Shown here one piece after another: positions 1 to 13,131 of a stretch of 64,000 nt of DNA. The stretch lies in assembly GCA_050084515.1 (NCBI GenBank), contig CM114271.1, forward strand, positions 47,058,001-47,122,000, read 5' to 3'. The stretch's first letter is position 1. The number at the start of each line of letters is the position of its first letter. Below the pieces are notes generated by a model. That model made no database searches. It was given only the letters and a program-made list of their open reading frames with translations, and was not told where the DNA came from. A program made the translations under genes and the position numbers. The DNA comes from Blasia pusilla (taxonomy: Eukaryota).

Positions 1-1402
1 ATTAGGAAGTGGTGGTCCTAATTGACAATTGCATTAGGCAAGGCAGTGAGGCAATAGCAATGGCAATGCTTCCATTAGTGCACCAAACTCTGCTAAAGAT
101 ATTTCATTCCCACATATCCACTCGTGAAGGATGTGTTACTCAAGATTGAAATTTCCAAAGATAAGTTTCCTTTGTGGTCCTCAATCCACATCAAAATTTT
201 ATGAGATGAAAATTATGGAATTGCATGGGAATAAATAGTTTCATATGTCTTGTAGAAAGTTAAATTGGTCTAAAGTGGCTACTTTTTGCTTAAATAATGG
301 GGTTGATACCATTCGAGATGGAAACCAATGTAAGAAAAGTTGTCAGCTTTTCTTTAGGAGTTCAAAAAGGTATACGATTGGGAGAGGAGGAAAAAAATGG
401 TGAGATGGGTTACTACCACATGGATCATTCTAGTCATAAAAAGAATGATTAACCTGTTTACTTCAATGAGGAGTTCTATAAAGACTTCTTGGCGTCCTAG
501 ACGTGAAGATGTGAATCCAGAGGCTAGTGGTTTATGTCTATTCAATATCGGACTCCTCCCACTTTCAGATGAGATCATCAATTTATTTAACTTGCCAGAT
601 ACGTGAGTAAATAATGATATTCTGCACTTTTGATTACAATAATATATTTAATTATCTTCTATCCTTTAATATTTCCTTTTATTCAATGGTAGAGAAATAT
701 GGACATCATGAAGAAGGAAATCCAACTTGTGAAACCAAAGAAGATTGACCACATCACGTGAGTAAGCATCATTCCATGTATGTCGTAGCCTATCCTTACT
801 CTCTTACTACTATTGTATGTTATCACATGCATCAAATTTTGGAGTTGAAGGAGAAGGTTTTAAAGAGCCACATCAAAAAAGGTTACCCACAAACCACACT
901 TTTGGTGAGTGATACATCAAAATTTACAATGGATAAATGTGTACTGTGTGAAGATACTTTTTTATGACGTCTTTCCTAACATTTCTCTTTTCTTTATAGA
1001 TGCATCCGAAGAGCAACATGAAAGAACAAAAAATGGCTTCATGGATGACATGACCAACATGGAAGGCTCTTCATCATATACATGCATATTTGGCTTAGAT
1101 ATATTCAAGCCTTTCACATGTATGTTGCTAATAACTTACTACATTATGACTTTAGGGACCACATCATATATGCTTGAAAGAGTTTGGTTAGATTGCCTCT
1201 TGAGCCAACTAGAAAAAGGGAGACCAACCTTTGTTGTGGGATTAAGGGGGGGAAAATGAAAGTTCTTGACAAATTAAGCTGAAGATGTCATCACCAAGGA
1301 CTTGAACCAAGTCATAAAGGTGGGACAAAACAAACAACCAGAGAGTATGAAGCACTTGTAGAAGTATTTGGAATATATCTTCAAAGCAAGAAACGAGTAT
1401 TG
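1..1402 (+). pseudogene. Decayed multi-exon ORF convergent with the Harbinger transposase (probable second gene of the element)
   Basis: Coding-like A/G-rich blocks separated by short AT-rich GT..AG segments (GTGAG donors near 603, 758 and 905; pyrimidine-rich AG acceptors near 357 and 999). Its 3' end meets the transposase 3' end. Harbinger elements normally carry two genes. No domain confidently identified. Confidence 0.4.
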
Positions 1403-2854
1403 ATCTCAGAAAATGTTGAACATCATCATCTATTAAATTTGCGGCACTATATGGTTAAGAAGAGCATCTCGGTTAGCTCTTCCATTAGATATGGTTGCGT
1501 TCTTCGTACATAACTTTGAAATCCATGTGGATGAGGTCTTGCGGCCCTAAAAAGTGTATCTAGAGTATGATCTTGTCTATCAATCAAGATATTGTGAAAG
1601 ATACAACAAGCAACGATAATCTTTGGTAATCGCTCCAAGTTTTGATGATAAATGTGTCGATTTAGTATGCGCCATGTTCCTTTTAATCGTCCAAAATCTC
1701 TCTCCACACACATACGCATTGAAGAATGGAGATAATTCCATGCCTCTTTTTGACCACTTGCTCCAACATAAGGGACAATGAGCCAAGGTAATAACGGATG
1801 TCCTACGTCACCGATGATATACTCTCGAATGCTCTTGTCATATCTCAATGGAATTAGAGGACCAATCATATATCTTTCTCCTTGAATTTCTTTCTTATAT
1901 GATCCAGAGTTTTAGAGGAGTCGTGCATCATGAACACAAGGTGGATAACCTACAAATACATCTAAGAGGCGTAACTTTGAATCCACGACAACTTGCATTG
2001 CACATGCATAAGATTTACTCTTATGATTATACAATGATATGGCATTTGTACCTACTAGTAAGTCAATGAGAAAATGTGTGGGATGTATTGCACCATAACA
2101 ATTGAGGAATCCATGTTGTGCTTCAAAGCCAACTTTGACTCTTTCTAATCGTACTCCAGTAGGCCAACTCACAACTCCATGAGCCACTTCCACGAGAGCG
2201 TTGATTACTATATGCACAAATCTAGCGGTAGTAGAGCGTCCAAGACTAAAGAGTTCTCCAATCCCCAATAACTGATGACATGTGGCAATTCGAGGTAAAG
2301 TGATGGCTAATTTTCTCTCATTGTTTTTTGCCCGGAGCTATTAGGTGCTATGGATTCGTTTTCAAGTTAATTGGAGGATGTAACCTTAGTCTGGAAGAGA
2401 CGACTCGTTGATTGTGACTATACGCCGCCAGCAAGAAGAGTGGCATTCTTACAGCCACCCCCTTTGGCATCATGGTTAGTTGAAAGAGTGGAAACAACCT
2501 TAGATGGGCCACCAACTTGCGTTTACCCTTTGATTTTTATGGTTGTTTGGAAAACAACACTTAGCAATCTATTCAGTAGTTTTCGTAATGACGTTGGAGG
2601 GTTTACAGTCAAGCGACTTCTCAAGATATCGCAAATCAGATTGAAAGTCCCAATCGAGATTCGAAAAACTCTTTGAAACGCAAGGGATTATATCTCCACA
2701 CAATATGGTTATCTATAAAGAGATTTGTAAACCCTATAGATCTTGGTTTTATAAACCAAAGACCCAACCTAGGATATGAAGTAGTCTTTGCCCTATTCAA
2801 TAAGTGTAAACATAAATGCATTCTTTCCTCTTGAGAAATGAGTAATCCTCTCAT
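1400..2854 (-). pseudogene. PIF/Harbinger (HARBI1-like, DDE_Tnp_4) transposase, disrupted by frameshifts, stops and an insertion
   Basis: Minus-strand fragments in canonical order: W..KPRS..F / FKEFFRISIGTF (2854-2636), RLLSV...RKLAITL, IGELFSLGRSTT, WP, GFLNCYGAIHPTH (GAIDGTH-like), MQVVVDSKLRLLDVFVGYPPCVHDARLL (2268-1912), YIIGDVGHPLLPWLIVPY, HSSMRMCVERDFGRLKGTWRIL, IIVACCIFHNILI (1869-1447). 3' boundary approximate. Confidence 0.93.
2321..2556 (-). mobile_element. 236-bp insertion in the transposase, resembling an LTR-retrotransposon PPT/3'-LTR junction fragment
   Basis: Removing 2321-2556 restores AGT GTT GAG AGA AAA TTA GCC (S-V-E-R-K-L-A). The minus strand of the insert contains AAAGGGGGTGGC|TGTAAG, a polypurine tract followed by TG. 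Confidence 0.5.
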
Positions 2855-3653
2855 GCATTAGTCGTCATAAAGATTACCCCGCATTGTGTGAAATAGGATC
2901 ATAGCTGGGGAGAAATGGACACCATCCATATCGACGGCGCATTTTGACAACCATGCACGAGCGCTTGTAAGAATTGGAGGGATACATCAAAGTTTCCATT
3001 TGTAGAAATGTGTGTTTACAATTTAAGAGCTTAAGGAGTTGGTAAGTAGGTTGACCACCGAGTGCAATGACCCGAGACTTCCGAACTGAACCTGCCGGAT
3101 CAATCCTAAGACTGAGACCTAAACCCATGGCGCCCATCCGGAAACAGCTGCAATGGGCCAAATCCGATGCGCACCAACCAAGAAGTTCCAATCATAGAGG
3201 TTCGCCAATTCTTATGCGCTCAGAACTTTCGGGCGTTTCTTGTACAACCAAACTTTCGGCCCTAGAACGGGACAAGGTATTGGAGACCTCGAACCTGTTC
3301 ATGACAGGTGCATTTTATTGCACTGTACATTTCTACGACCAAAACTTTTGGACTAGAAATGGGCTCTAAACTTTGGGCTAGGTGTGGCCTCGGAGACCTC
3401 CTTTATTGCATTATCCATTGATATGTTACTTCGGGACGCAGAAATGGAGGTCGCGTGTATATACCCTAAAGTTGTTGCCGGTTCCTGTTGGAATCACAGG
3501 AATATTAGCGACGTTGTATGAATCCATGTCCGCTGAATGCCAGAGTTCTGGAAGCATATCATCTCCTCTCGCTCGCTGTGCTTTCGGAGAGGCCCGCAAA
3601 GAAGCGAAGGGCCGGGCGGACGGATGCCGATCGAGTGGCACAATCTGTCGATT

Positions 3654-4860
3654 CCAAATGGACGAACTTGAAGCGCTTGTATCTCTAAGCTGCCAAATGG
3701 ACGAACTTGAAGCGCTTGTAGCTCTAAGCTGCGTGTTCCGAATCGGTAAACTGTTCCAATTGACGAACTTGATGCGCATGTAGCTAGCTCTAAGCTGCCT
3801 GTTCCGGATTAGAAAACTTGCCACGCTGGGACGCTCGGAACTCCCGGTTCGCATCAGCAAGCTTGATGTGCTTGCAGGTCGAGGTCGAAACTGCCAGTTC
3901 CGATTTACTACAGTTGATGTGCTTGAGCGTCAGAACTCCCGGTTCTCATGAGCAAACTTGATGTGCGTGTACTAACCTGTAGGTTCCAATTTGGAAAACT
4001 TCATATGTTCGTGCGTCGAAACTCACCGTTGTCGACAGCAAACTTGATGGGCGTGTGGGTCGAAAAAGCCGGTTCCAGTGTATAGAACTTGATGTGCTTG
4101 TAGGTCGAAACTGGCAGTTCCAATGTAGAAAACCTGATGCGCTTGAAGTTACAATTTAGGAAACTTGACGCGGTTGTAGGTCTACATTGGCGAAGTCGGT
4201 GTGCCGATAACCCCGGACACACGCACACAGTAATTAAACGAAAGAGGTAAGCAAACGAGCACGAAGGTTCTTCGCAGCGGCGAAGAAAAGCTGTTTCTAC
4301 GAGCAGACGCGTGCGTCGATTCAGGAAAGCGGTGCAAAACCTGAGAAGTGACGAAGACCAGGCTGTTCTAGGTCGAAACTGCCACTTCCCATTGGAAAAA
4401 CACGCCGGCAGGTTCCAGGCGGAAACTACCACTGCCAATCAGAAAAAACGGAAGCCTTTTCTAGGTCGATTGTGCTGTCCAATGAGGAAAAAACACCAGC
4501 CTGTTCCAGGTGGAAACTGCCACTGCTAATTAGAAAAAACGCAAGCCTCTCTCAGGTCGACATTGCTACGTCCGATAAGAAAAAAACACCGGCCTGTTCT
4601 TGGTCGAAACTGCCACTTCGAAGTAGAAGCACGAACTGTAAACCCCGCAAAACACACACATAAAAAACAAACAGCGGCATCGGAGGCTGCACAGCAACGC
4701 GGGGGAGCTGTATTCAAGCCACGACCAGACGCGTCCGTCGATTGGCTAAGCAGAGTGTTGACGACTCTACAGCGCGAAAATCAGGCACACCAAAATCCGA
4801 AAAGTGACAAACACAAGCCTGTTCTAGGTCGCAACTGGCTGCCCCAATTAGAAAACTTGA
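3654..4860. repeat. Degenerate ~45-bp tandem repeat array with AGGTCGAAACTG core
   Basis: Near-exact 39-bp direct repeat at ~3655/3694. AACTTGATG-like anchors at 4041, 4086 and 4131 (45-bp period). Second sub-array at ~4360-4625 of CTGTTCYAGGTSGAAACTGCCACT-type units. Confidence 0.8.
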
Positions 4861-6038
4861 CAACTACCACTTCGCGCGCGCACACACAGAGTAACAGTAA
4901 ACACAAGAAACGAAAAGAAAAAAAAAGTAACACACACAAGAAACGAACAAACACAACCATACTGCACAGCAACGCCAAAGAGCTGTGAATCCAAGCGACG
5001 ACCAGACGCATCCACCCAGCGATCCAGGGAGCGAAGGGAAGATGGACAGCTCGCGCACATTGGCACAACAGTGCAACGCAGAAAGCGCGAAGAGCAGGCG
5101 CACCAAATTTGGAAAGAGACAAACCCCAGCCTGTTCAAGGTCGAATCCTCCGCTCCCGAATAGACATCCTGATGACGATATCTCCGCGCACACTCGCAAC
5201 AGCAACCAACGAAACGACTCCCATGGTAGGACCGACCTAAATCCATCCCCGCACACAGATCCGCTCTCCTCTCCTCTGCTGATGCCCCATGGTGCATGTC
5301 GGGGCGGCTCGCAGCGCGCTGGATGGCTTGCGCACTGCTGCAGAAACAAAACAAAACAAAAAAGGGTAAAGCGCAAGTCAATACCAACCAGAACGCGACG
5401 ACACTCTGGCAAGAGCTACCTACAAGCCAATACTAACACCACCACCATCGCCCGTCAAGGTCAAGCTTGCTTGGGCAGCCAGGCCTACCGAGCCCTACTC
5501 TACTCTATCCTATCCTACTCTTTTCCTTTCCATTCTCCTCCGACTCTACCCTACCACACTTCTGATGTAAACATGCAAATCAAAGAAATTCAGGTCGGAA
5601 CCCAGACATCGATTGATTCATGGACGTACACATAGATGCGGTTGACTGACGTAAACCCTCCAGGACGCGTTGCTATGGCGTCGACTCCTATCGAATGGAA
5701 GAGCTCCCATTCGATCGATCGATCGATCGGAGACAGAGAAAGAGACGAGAGAGGACGGGACGCGATGGCTTTGACACGATCCACCCGTGGTTTCTACGAC
5801 GGGAAGACGGGAAGGCTTTGAGACGATGCTCCGGAGATTTCCGCTACCACCGCTCTCCTCTTGACATGAAATGGAGAAAAGAAACGACATTTGTCCTAAT
5901 AGAAATCTTTTTAATTCCTGACATATGGATTTTATTCATATGGATCTATGTTACTATTATTTCAAAATAGGAGCCGTTTTCAAATAACATTCAAAATCAG
6001 GGACCCGGAATTTGGAGTTTAGGATTAGGATTGAGGGT

Positions 6039-6068
6039 ATTAACTAATCCCTCACGGGATTAGTTAAT
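6039..6068. other. Perfect 13-bp stem hairpin
   Basis: ATTAACTAATCCC-TCAC-GGGATTAGTTAAT. Confidence 0.9.
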
Positions 6069-9000
6069 TATTGTCAAACTAATTTCTTTCTCCATCTAAT
6101 TTATCCATACCTCACCTCAAAGGATGTAAATTAGGTTTTTAAAAATTCATTTAATCCAAAATATTAGGATATTAATTGGAAAAAAAAATCTCCATGGAGC
6201 ATGACATTGTCCCTTTAATCCAAAAGAATTGGATATTAATGTAGAATTAATTGTCCATTACATGAGGAGCTAATAATGATGATATCCCAAAAACATGTTT
6301 CCTTGTTGTCTCCATGCCTAGTGTGAAGCAAGGAGGTTCCTTCAAAATAAGAAGTTCTCCTTTCTTATAATATAGATGGATCTCACATCTAGAGGATTTT
6401 CTTTTTATATTATGTATAACTAGAATGTGAGTATTCTATTTTGAAGTTATTTAGTGAATCATTAATGATAGAATTTGTCTATTTCTTTTGCACCTATTTT
6501 ATCTTGGGTCTTTCTTTCAATGGGAAAGCTATTCCCATATTCAAAATCAAAGACAAAATTAACGGAATTGTAAAATAAGAGAATAGTCCCCATCACTAAT
6601 GCTCTAGTTGGCTTATATGGTCTAGAAATTGAGTCATTGATATGTGGTACTTTTTTATGGAAGGAGTACAATATCAAATTATATATTATTTTATTGCAAC
6701 ACAATAAATAAATGAGAATAGTTCCCTTAGCCTCCCATTGTGGAAAGCAAACCAATGATACTAATGTTGAATAAATATAAGGAAAATATGCACAATTGTA
6801 AGGTTATTTATTACCTTTCAATCTCAAATTTTCTTATTATATACTGCTAATTTTTTGCCCCTACGATGCACTCAATCGGATCGATGGAAATGAAAATACT
6901 TCACAAATATAATGAAGCCATTACACTAGATACATGTTGAAATTAGAGAGTTGACTAATGAAAAGTAAAGATAATTTTTTTCTTATTCATGAATAATCAT
7001 GAAATTTTAATCCTGATTTTTAAAAAATCATGTCTTTTCCCTTATTGAGAAAAAAAATAACCTCCATTTCTCAATTGATAATATAAAATCTCTCATTTTA
7101 ATCCAGTTTTTTTTTAATATTCTTTAGAAATCCCTCACAATGAAAGTTTGAATTCTTTTTAAATAATAGTAGTGGAGCAAAGGTTAGATGACAAGAAGCA
7201 AAAAAAGAAATTTTGAGATTTATACTAAGATGTATGATCCAACTCAAGGAAGACAAGATGGAAAAAGAAAAAAGACATGTAGGTTAACATATAATAGAAG
7301 GAAAATAGAAATATGAAAAAGTAAACCTTAAAAGCAAAATAAATGGAATGGAAGGACAAATAACATACAAAAGGAGTGGATAAGAGGGATGTCTGCGTAA
7401 AAAAATACCACAAATAACATATTGGAAGGAAATACGCACGATAAAAGGATGGATTACAAGAGGAAAAGATATACTATTACCATAAGATATATGATATGCT
7501 AAAAGGCTAGGGGAGAGAAGGGATCTCAATGATTGTAAAGACAAAAATAAAAGACATCAAGTAGCCACCTTAGTAGCAAACTATATGGGAATGTTGTTTG
7601 ATGATTTTTTTTTTCTGCTCCTATTTTAAGATTAAGTTGTGGAAAGTATGAATAGATTTTGTCTCTAAGGAAAGAGGGATTCTTAAGGATGAGGTAAGAT
7701 ATCCATATGGAAATGTTTCCTAGGTAACATGACTCTTTGCTCCATGCAAAGCATAGGCTTTACACTACTTGTTATTATTCTCCATGATCTTTTCATATGT
7801 TTCTAAGTCTATTCACTAACACCAACATCTTTATGAAGCATGAGTTGAAATCCAACAACTTCATATCGATAAGAATCTAAAAAAGATTGTTTGTTTTGAC
7901 AATGGGATATTTGGAATTTCAAATCCATATCCTACCACATAGGGATCTTGTTGTCTTTGAAAATATTTCTAAGTGTTTTTCTACTTATATCAAATAAAGA
8001 CCCATAAAGTCACCTATTATTGATGGCCTTTGGGAAATTAGCTCACAAAGAAACTTTTTAGCATTCGACTAATTTCTGAAAACTAAATTTATGTCTTAAT
8101 GCCTTTTATACTTTATTTTTTGTCTGGCAATATATACGCAAAGTCAACATATTCCTCTTGATATTTTAAACACAAATCTTGTATGTTAGCTTAGTCCATG
8201 CTAAAGTCTTAAATTATCACATCTTTCCAAGTGCCTTAGATGTTAGTTCCCCATTTCTCTAGCTTGCCACCAATATTTAAAAAGAGTCTATCTTTGGAAA
8301 CATTCGGGTAAAAATATCCAAGCGAGAAAGTTTTAATTTCTCACTTACATAGCTGAAATTTAATTTCATAAAAAATAGCCAACCAGGTTTTCTCCTATTG
8401 TTGGAATTTCATTGGGTGATTTTCGTTATCATTTTTAATTTCCTTTAATGCCACCAAGTGCTTTGCATGGGCTCCAACTTCCTACCATAGATAAAGTATA
8501 CTTTGAAAGTATCTACTTATCAATATTACTTTTAGGAACTTAAAATGATCATTTTTCATTTTGAAGTATATAACAATGTTTTAGTCTATTTTTAAATATC
8601 TCAAAAGTTTTGATGATATATAATATCCTAAAACATATAATCATACATACTCTATGTAAATATGGAAATATGATGGGACCATTGTACTAGTAAAATTATT
8701 TTTATAATTTTGATTATCTTTAAAATGAGAATTAACCACTTATTAAGAGTTACGTAAAACATCTTTCCTTGAGAAGATGAATACATGATATTGTATGCTA
8801 GATTAAATTACCAAATTTTTAAATCAGTTTAATATTTTAAAAAATATTTTTAATAACAAATATATTAGGTTGTATATAAATTATAATACATTTAGTTTAT
8901 ATTCACTTAACCTTTAGAGTTTATCAAATTTTGAATTGGGAAAATGCAGGTAAAGGGGGATGAAGTAAAAATTGAAAATAAAATCAAGATCACAAATTTT

Positions 9001-10414
9001 AGAAATTCAGAAAAAAATTGTAAAGACTCTTATTGGTTAAGAACTTTAATCGGATTCTTTCATGTGGCATGTGTTGATTGACATGCCCCTAGAGAACGTT
9101 GCAAATATTATTTTTTTTATCTCAAAAAAAATTATATTCTTCATTAGTTGTTAGATGGGAGGTAAGTGAACAAAACCTATACCATACGACTGTATAAACT
9201 CAAGATGAATATGATAATCTCATGATTATTTAATTGCATCATTTACATAGCTACTTACGATAAGTAAATGATGGCATTTTTGCATTCAATAGAAAGCTCC
9301 AGAATTTGGACTTGGGCAACAAACAAAAATGGAGATTTTAAATTTTTTTTTTAAAACCTTAGTGAAACATCCTAGAATATGATATGGATAAGATTATGGT
9401 AGGTTTGGGTACATTGGAAAACAATTGAGTTTTGTTGAAATTATCCTATTATGTTGCATGATATAGACTGTTTGAACAAAGCATGACATGAAAAATTGAG
9501 TGCTTTCATGATCTCCTTCCTCAAGGTGTCATACTAAAAGTAACCCTAAATATAGATTCTAAGGAAAGTACATATCATATGGAAAAGTAAAACACCAAGA
9601 GGGGACAAACCTCTAAATGAAAATGAGTTACGATAATTGATCCAAGAAGCAAGTAAATTTCAAGGTAAAGAAGGAGAAAAAAAACTAGTATACCTGTGCA
9701 TCATAGAACATGAAATAAAAGAGGTGGTGGGACATAATGAAGGACACACATATGATCCTCGAGTGGTAACGGCGAGTATGTGAGAGAAGACATATGTTGC
9801 TAGTATGTGAATTTTGTAAGAAGGATTGTACATTCTCTTGTCTCCAAAGTTGTTGGGGATCACAATTGGGGTGGGTTAAGAGAAATTTTCTTTTCAATGG
9901 AAAAACTCATAACCATATTTTTTCCATATTTATTAGGCTAGATTCCAGATTTTTTTTTTATCTATGTCCAAATACTAGATTTTCCAAATATCTTACAATT
10001 TTTAAAATTCATTTCATGGTGTGGTAGACTCATGTCCCCTCTAGATTGATAGGATTTTGCATGCTCGCTTTTTATTTCCGTATATTTTCCAATATAATTA
10101 TCTCCATATGGATTTCTACCGACCAAATTTTTGATAAATTTACATCATTAAATTTTTTAACTCAAATATAATAAATTAATTATGTTATGAAGAAAAACTC
10201 AACCTAAGAGTTGCATAGTAGTAGATGCTATGTAATTTAAAGAAAAATTGATAGTTTCTATGAACATTATTGAGGTTTATTTTGGATATATGATTTTTTC
10301 ATATAGATAAAATAATTTTAATAGAAAAAATAGCAATTATCATCCTTCCATAAATTTTCACAAGAAACAATGAAACTTAGTAATCCCAAAAAAAGGATAG
10401 AAGATTTTATAAAA

Positions 10415-10590
10415 TCTATGTTATTATTGGAGAGTGCCTTCTTGATTTGCAAACACATGTCTATTTAACAATAGCAACTGGACAACAAGAAAATATTCCT
10501 CATACTCCTCGCAGTAAGAAAAAAAATGTATATTTGTGTGTAACATGATTAGTCCCTTCACTCTCATGCATGGCATGGGTTGTATACTAG
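10415..10590 (+). mobile_element. Non-autonomous mini-Helitron (176 bp)
   Basis: A|TCTATGTTATTATTGGAGAGTG start, imperfect hairpin CTCATGC-ATG-GCATGGG at 10563-10579, CTAG|T end. Inserted at an AT dinucleotide with no TSD. Confidence 0.85.
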
Positions 10591-11034
10591 TTTGTATATG
10601 CCAACATATCTTTTCGTATATGTGACATTATGATTAGATTTTTTCTCTTCTAAATATTTTTCAATTAAATTTTTTGATAATTATAACACTAATTTTATTT
10701 TAAGATATCCAATTAAGATCAAGATAGTAATGATGACTTTATTAAATTAGTTATTTAAATGAGATTAAAGAAGCATGATTACAAACATGGCACATTCTTC
10801 TAAGAATATCTATTATTGTAGCATTATAGGAAGAATATTACTCCTACTTTATAACTTATTTTAAGAAAAAAATTCAGATATATTGATTAAATTTTACTTT
10901 AAGTTTATAAAATTAATTCTATACATAAGAAAATAATAATTTCCAAATATTTTTAAATTAACTAATTAATGCCTCTTCATATTCTTTTAAAGTTGAGAAA
11001 CTCCTCTTGAAGTCAATAATTCACATTTATGTAA

Positions 11035-11150
11035 TCTATATTATTATTGGAGAGTGTTCTTTCATTTTGCAAACTCTTCTCTTCACGATATTCGGCATCT
11101 TCAGCCAATGGGATTGCTCCCCTTCTCAACCAATAGGATCATTTGAAGTC
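11035..11150 (+). mobile_element. Helitron 5' end of the same family (3' end not located)
   Basis: A|TCTATATTATTATTGGAGAGTG...TTTGCAAAC. A related degenerate head occurs near 13222. Confidence 0.6.
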
Positions 11151-12871
11151 AATTTAAAATAGTTCTTGAGAATTATGAGAGTTAATATTGGATGGTAATA
11201 TAAACTTGTGCATTACATGCCCTTACAATAGTCTTGTATGATCTCAACTTATATGTATCTCATAATAAGTTATAGTCATATTTTTAGCGTACTCTAAAAA
11301 AGGACTTTCATCTTAATAGTGATTATGAAGACAATGTTTCTTTCCTAAGTCTATTGCCATTTTTGCTTTATAACAATCTATCTTTGGTGACTCTATGAAA
11401 TCATGTAATACATAGTAATCCTCTATAAGTAGAATTTTTGCTACAAGAAAAATGCATCATAATAGGGTCCAAGATATATTGGTATTCAAGTGCATGGATC
11501 TTAAAAATCTTGATAAATATGTGTTAGCATATTTGAATGAAAATCAAATACTTACTAAAAAAGATTGAAGCTTCTCTACCTTTCCCTAAAGGAACTTCTT
11601 TGACTCTCTCTCTCTCTCTCGTAAGTATGACTTTAGAGGACCTAGCTCTATTTAAGAAAATATCGTATATTCCACGACAAAGAGCTTCTTGTACGTTAAG
11701 AAAAAAAAAGTAGAAAGAAGATGCTAAAACTTCCTAAATCCCTATGAATATGATTAAAATAACCTAGTCTACCCATGAAGATCCATTCACCACATAATGT
11801 TGGTGTGTAAGCTCTCCATTCTTGCACACAAACCAACTTTGACATAGAAGATCTCCAAATACATGCACAATTGTTTGATGATAGGAATACAGTAATATTT
11901 TAAGGTGCCATGAGATCCATTTTTTCCAGTTCAAGTAACTTGAGTTTTCTCATGCATAAAACAAAAGGAGAGGTTTTATGTCTTTATGATTGTCTATATG
12001 AAATCACGTCAAGACCTTAGAGGTGAATTGTGCCTGTTTGGACATATTATACATAGAATCTTAAGAATTGGGAGACCACAATATTATATATTGTGGTTGC
12101 CTTGTATACATGGATGGCACTTCAACCCAATGGTAGATAATCCCTTGTGAGACTAATATATCTAGGAACTTTATTTATTGCACATAATTCACAATCTCCT
12201 CAATTACAAGTGAACCATTTCATGTGGTGATCACCGTCAAGGAGGCCCAAGAGGGTTTACTCATACAAATATTGTTGAAGTGCTTGTATTCCAAGTGTTG
12301 AACCTTCCATAATAGATGAGATTAGATTATGTCCTTTGGTACACAAAAATTTATGACTTGATGTTTTGAATATTAAAAATTATAATACATGTTTTTGCTA
12401 TTTTTTTAATAGATCAACCCTTAGAAGTAGCTTGGAACATGACTTTCAACACCTTATTTTATTTGGGTGTTGTAAATGATTTTTTTTAAGGTAATAGGAG
12501 ACTTATATTATTATATGATCATGTCTTAGGATAAAACGATATATATAGAGTATAATGATGCATCTACACATACATAGAGGATGAGTAATAAAAAAATTCT
12601 ATTATCAATCCCCATGAGGTTATCCACATATGACATATCCTCCATAAGCACTTTGTGAACAAGATTTGATGGGAAGTCCTTGATGATAATCGCAAGTAAA
12701 TTAGTAATATCCCTAAAACTCAAATGCTAGCTCTAATTATTATTAATAATGAAGGCATTAAAAATACATTTTGAGACCAAAATATGATGAAACCTTCCAA
12801 TTTTTGATCTTCGCCTCATATATGTCAAATGATGGAAATTATCAAAAATTACATCCTCACTTAATTTGATA

Positions 12872-13131
12872 CCCTCGCACCTATTTATTCTTGGGTTAGT
12901 TCAATGAGGGTGACGTGTGACTCATGTGAGTTAGACAAGAAGGAGAACTTTGGCAAAGTTTGACGTGCTTGAACCTCCAATCAGCTCATCTTCAAGGGGG
13001 AAATTGTCCATTTTGATATATTCTCCTACACATTAGGGTTCGTAATAATAAATAATTATTATTTTATCCATCCAAAAATCCTTAATCGGTTAACTCAACC
13101 TTAGGTGTAAAATCGGAGGATGAATAGGCTC
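12872..13131. mobile_element. MITE-like element, TIR family copy 1
   Basis: Left end GCACCTATTTATTCTTGGGTTAG, right end GGAGGATGAATAGGCTC. Internal similarity to the copies at 32540 and 38531. Confidence 0.6.

Larger units (their letters stand above)
1..3466 (-). mobile_element. PIF/Harbinger DNA transposon (partial; other end outside the window)
   Basis: Transposase plus convergent ORF. Candidate terminus on the minus strand is TTA|GGGTATATACACGCG at 3469-3452 (TTA/TAA-type target, G-rich start). The second TIR cannot be seen, so this boundary is tentative. Confidence 0.55.

Noticed and set aside
3654..4860. Repeat array as CRISPR-like or as a repeat-protein CDS
   Set aside because: Eukaryotic context, degenerate units without unique spacers, no cas genes, and unit lengths that do not hold a reading frame.
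7560..8520. Possible L1 ORF2 C-terminal relic on the minus strand
   Set aside because: Only vague Trp-rich fragments; too decayed to support without a search.
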